DNA of 63,571 nucleotides, the filler included, from Stramenopiles sp. TOSAG23-3 (lineage: Eukaryota), in the NCBI GenBank assembly GCA_900128585.1. It is 6 parts of 6 records of this genome, joined end to end, with 100 filler letters (N's around TTAATTAATTAA, not from the genome) between each part and the next. Parts side by side here need not be neighbours in the genome. Positions count along the whole stretch, not along the records: positions 61,835 to 63,571 come from LT645464.1; 5 more parts are not named here. One strand, written 5' to 3'. The notes below the pieces were generated by a model that saw only the letters and a program-made list of their open reading frames with translations, did no database searches and was not told the origin of the DNA. The position numbers were made by a program, and so were the translations under genes. Shown one piece after another: positions 61,835 through 63,571 of the stretch. How positions within the stretch are numbered: the stretch's first letter is position 1; the number at the start of each line of letters is the position of its first letter.

Positions 61835-62689
61835 CTGGATGTTTCTTTGCTCGCACTTAATGGATTCTTTTTTTCCCCTTCTCTTCCTTCTTAGTCGTCT
61901 GTTACTGAAGTCCATCGTCGGGTCGTAGAAAACGTCCCTATAATCTTCCATAAGGTCCATGGCTGGCGGCGGCGGTGGAGGTCCTGCTGGAGGTGGAGGA
62001 CTACACCTATCTCCACAGCACATGACCGCGTCCATCGTGCAGATTCCAGCATGATTGCAATGCTGGATGGTTTCTTGCCTGCAACTCGTATGTTTTTTGC
62101 GAAGTCGTCTGTTGGAGTTCAAAACCGTCCAAACGGCTGTCCTCCGCCCAAACAGTTGACGTGCGTCTGCGGAAGTGGCCTGCATATCGTCGTCGTCGCC
62201 GCCGTTTTGCTTGCCGCTGCCCACTGACTCCTCATCGGACCGCACCAAATCTTTTATCCCTTTGATTTTTTCTATGATGCCAGTGATTTTGTTGACGTCA
62301 AAGTCATCGTCATCTTGGCCACCAAATGGGGTACGGCTTCCCTCGCCCTTGCCCTGCATGTCGAACTGCCCTTCCATCTCGTCACGGGGTGCTTTGCTAA
62401 ACAGTTGGCCTGACACGTAGCCCCCAGGAGTATTCATGAGAATAGGCGGGCGAAGACTTGCCATGGGGTATCCACTGGTAACACAGTGGCCATTGCGATA
62501 ACCATCAGCAGGGTTATTTGTCATTGCACGCGCAGTAAATGCTTGCACGTTGAACTGGGTACACACCTTTAAACCATGGGAAACTGTTTTCTGGTACACT
62601 GGAACGTAAATTGGATGCGCTTGGGCATCGGCTGACATCGGCAGTGCGATGGCGGCAGCACTGGCACAGTAAATTAGCGCTCTTCTCAT
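61835..62689 (-). CDS. Secreted modular protein, candidate multi-peptide precursor (3'-truncated)
   Basis: Signal peptide MRRALIYCASAAAIALPMSADA; acidic spacers; NRRLR twice; 6-Cys module with a second copy beginning at the contig edge. Confidence 0.65.
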
Positions 62690-63524
62690 TGTTGTTGTTG
62701 TTGTTGTTGAAATATGGTTCGCTTGTGGTTGTTGATGTTTTTAAATGGTCTAAATTTTAATCAATATGTTTGATGTTATTTGTTTTTAAGTTGTTTTCTT
62801 TCTTTCAAAAATTAATTTAATGTGGTGCGTCTAAATGGTAAAGTACCGGTCGGTAGGTCTTGCTTCCTATTGAGACACCACTAACTTTGTCCGCCGGCGG
62901 CGAAGACAACCACACCACCACCGCCGCCGGTGGCATTATTGTAATTGTTGAAAAAAATGGATGATGAATTATTTAATATAAACACAGTATAGACTATCAA
63001 AATGAAAACATTGAAGAAGAAAGGAGAAAAAAAAAGATGAAAAACATTGAAGAAGAGGAGAAGAGAAGAAGAAGATATGATGAGGAGTACAAAAGCATTA
63101 CTTCAACAATATATTTTCATCTCTCCACATAATATATTAATATAGACACAGCATAATGAAAAAACTATTTCTTCTTCTTCTTTTTTTTTAGGTTAAGCTT
63201 TCGTATTATTAGCATAATCACAGCAATGTTTCTCGAATTCGCTCTTCAACATATTTTTTTTAAAAATAACCCCCTTTTTTACACCACCACCCTCCTCTTT
63301 CCTCCACCAAAAAAATAAAAAAACCGCATATTATAATACAGAGAAGTCTTCTCCGTGTCGACCGCAAATGCGTACAGAATATATAAAAGAAATACACACA
63401 ACTATAAAGAAAGAAAGAAAGAAAACAAACAATTAAAAATAAAACAGTTATAAAACTTAAACAGTTTAAATTTAAACACAACCACCCAGCCAAACAAACA
63501 ACAGCAGCAGCAAATACAACAACA

Positions 63525-63571
63525 ATGCGAAGAGCACTTTTTTACTCCGCCGCCGCTTGTGCACTCACAGC
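63525..63571 (+). CDS. Start of a divergently oriented paralogue of 61835-62689 (truncated by window end)
   Basis: MRRALFYSAAACALT versus MRRALIYCASAAAIAL; both ATGs are preceded by CAACAACA. Confidence 0.55.
   Translation, partial: MRRALFYSAAACALT

Noticed and set aside
1-63571. CRISPR arrays, rRNA/tRNA genes, transposase or reverse-transcriptase ORFs
   Set aside because: None seen on either strand by eye.

Overview
Eukaryotic DNA, most likely from a flagellated protist. A heterotrophic stramenopile such as a MAST lineage is plausible but cannot be proven here. The window is not one locus. It is six unrelated contigs (five of about 12.2-12.3 kb plus the start of a sixth), sorted by decreasing length and joined with artificial 100-nt N44-TTAATTAATTAA-N44 linkers, so adjacency across linkers is meaningless. 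Genes appear intronless and GC-rich and are separated by very AT-rich, microsatellite-rich spacers. Recognisable genes: CLUAP1/IFT38, a Myb factor, SAE1, NFU1, a CNBD K+ channel, UTP10/HEATR1, an ARM-repeat protein, CFAP61, an ankyrin/SAM protein, a GT41 glycosyltransferase, a 2OG-Fe(II) oxygenase, MFI/C11orf65, CPT1 and TTLL9. The most unusual items are: (1) a compact four-repeat 24-TM channel built from Kv/KCNQ-like repeats whose GYG filter is replaced by an acidic E/E/D/E ring; (2) a CFAP61 with an adenylate-kinase domain inserted; (3) a secreted multi-peptide precursor with a head-to-head paralogue; (4) a run of five secretory-pathway genes including a signal-peptide-bearing GT41; (5) a DUF4476-VWA-double TspO-like membrane protein; and (6) a hairpin repeat family found between convergent genes. 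All family assignments come from motif recognition by eye, and no database search was run.
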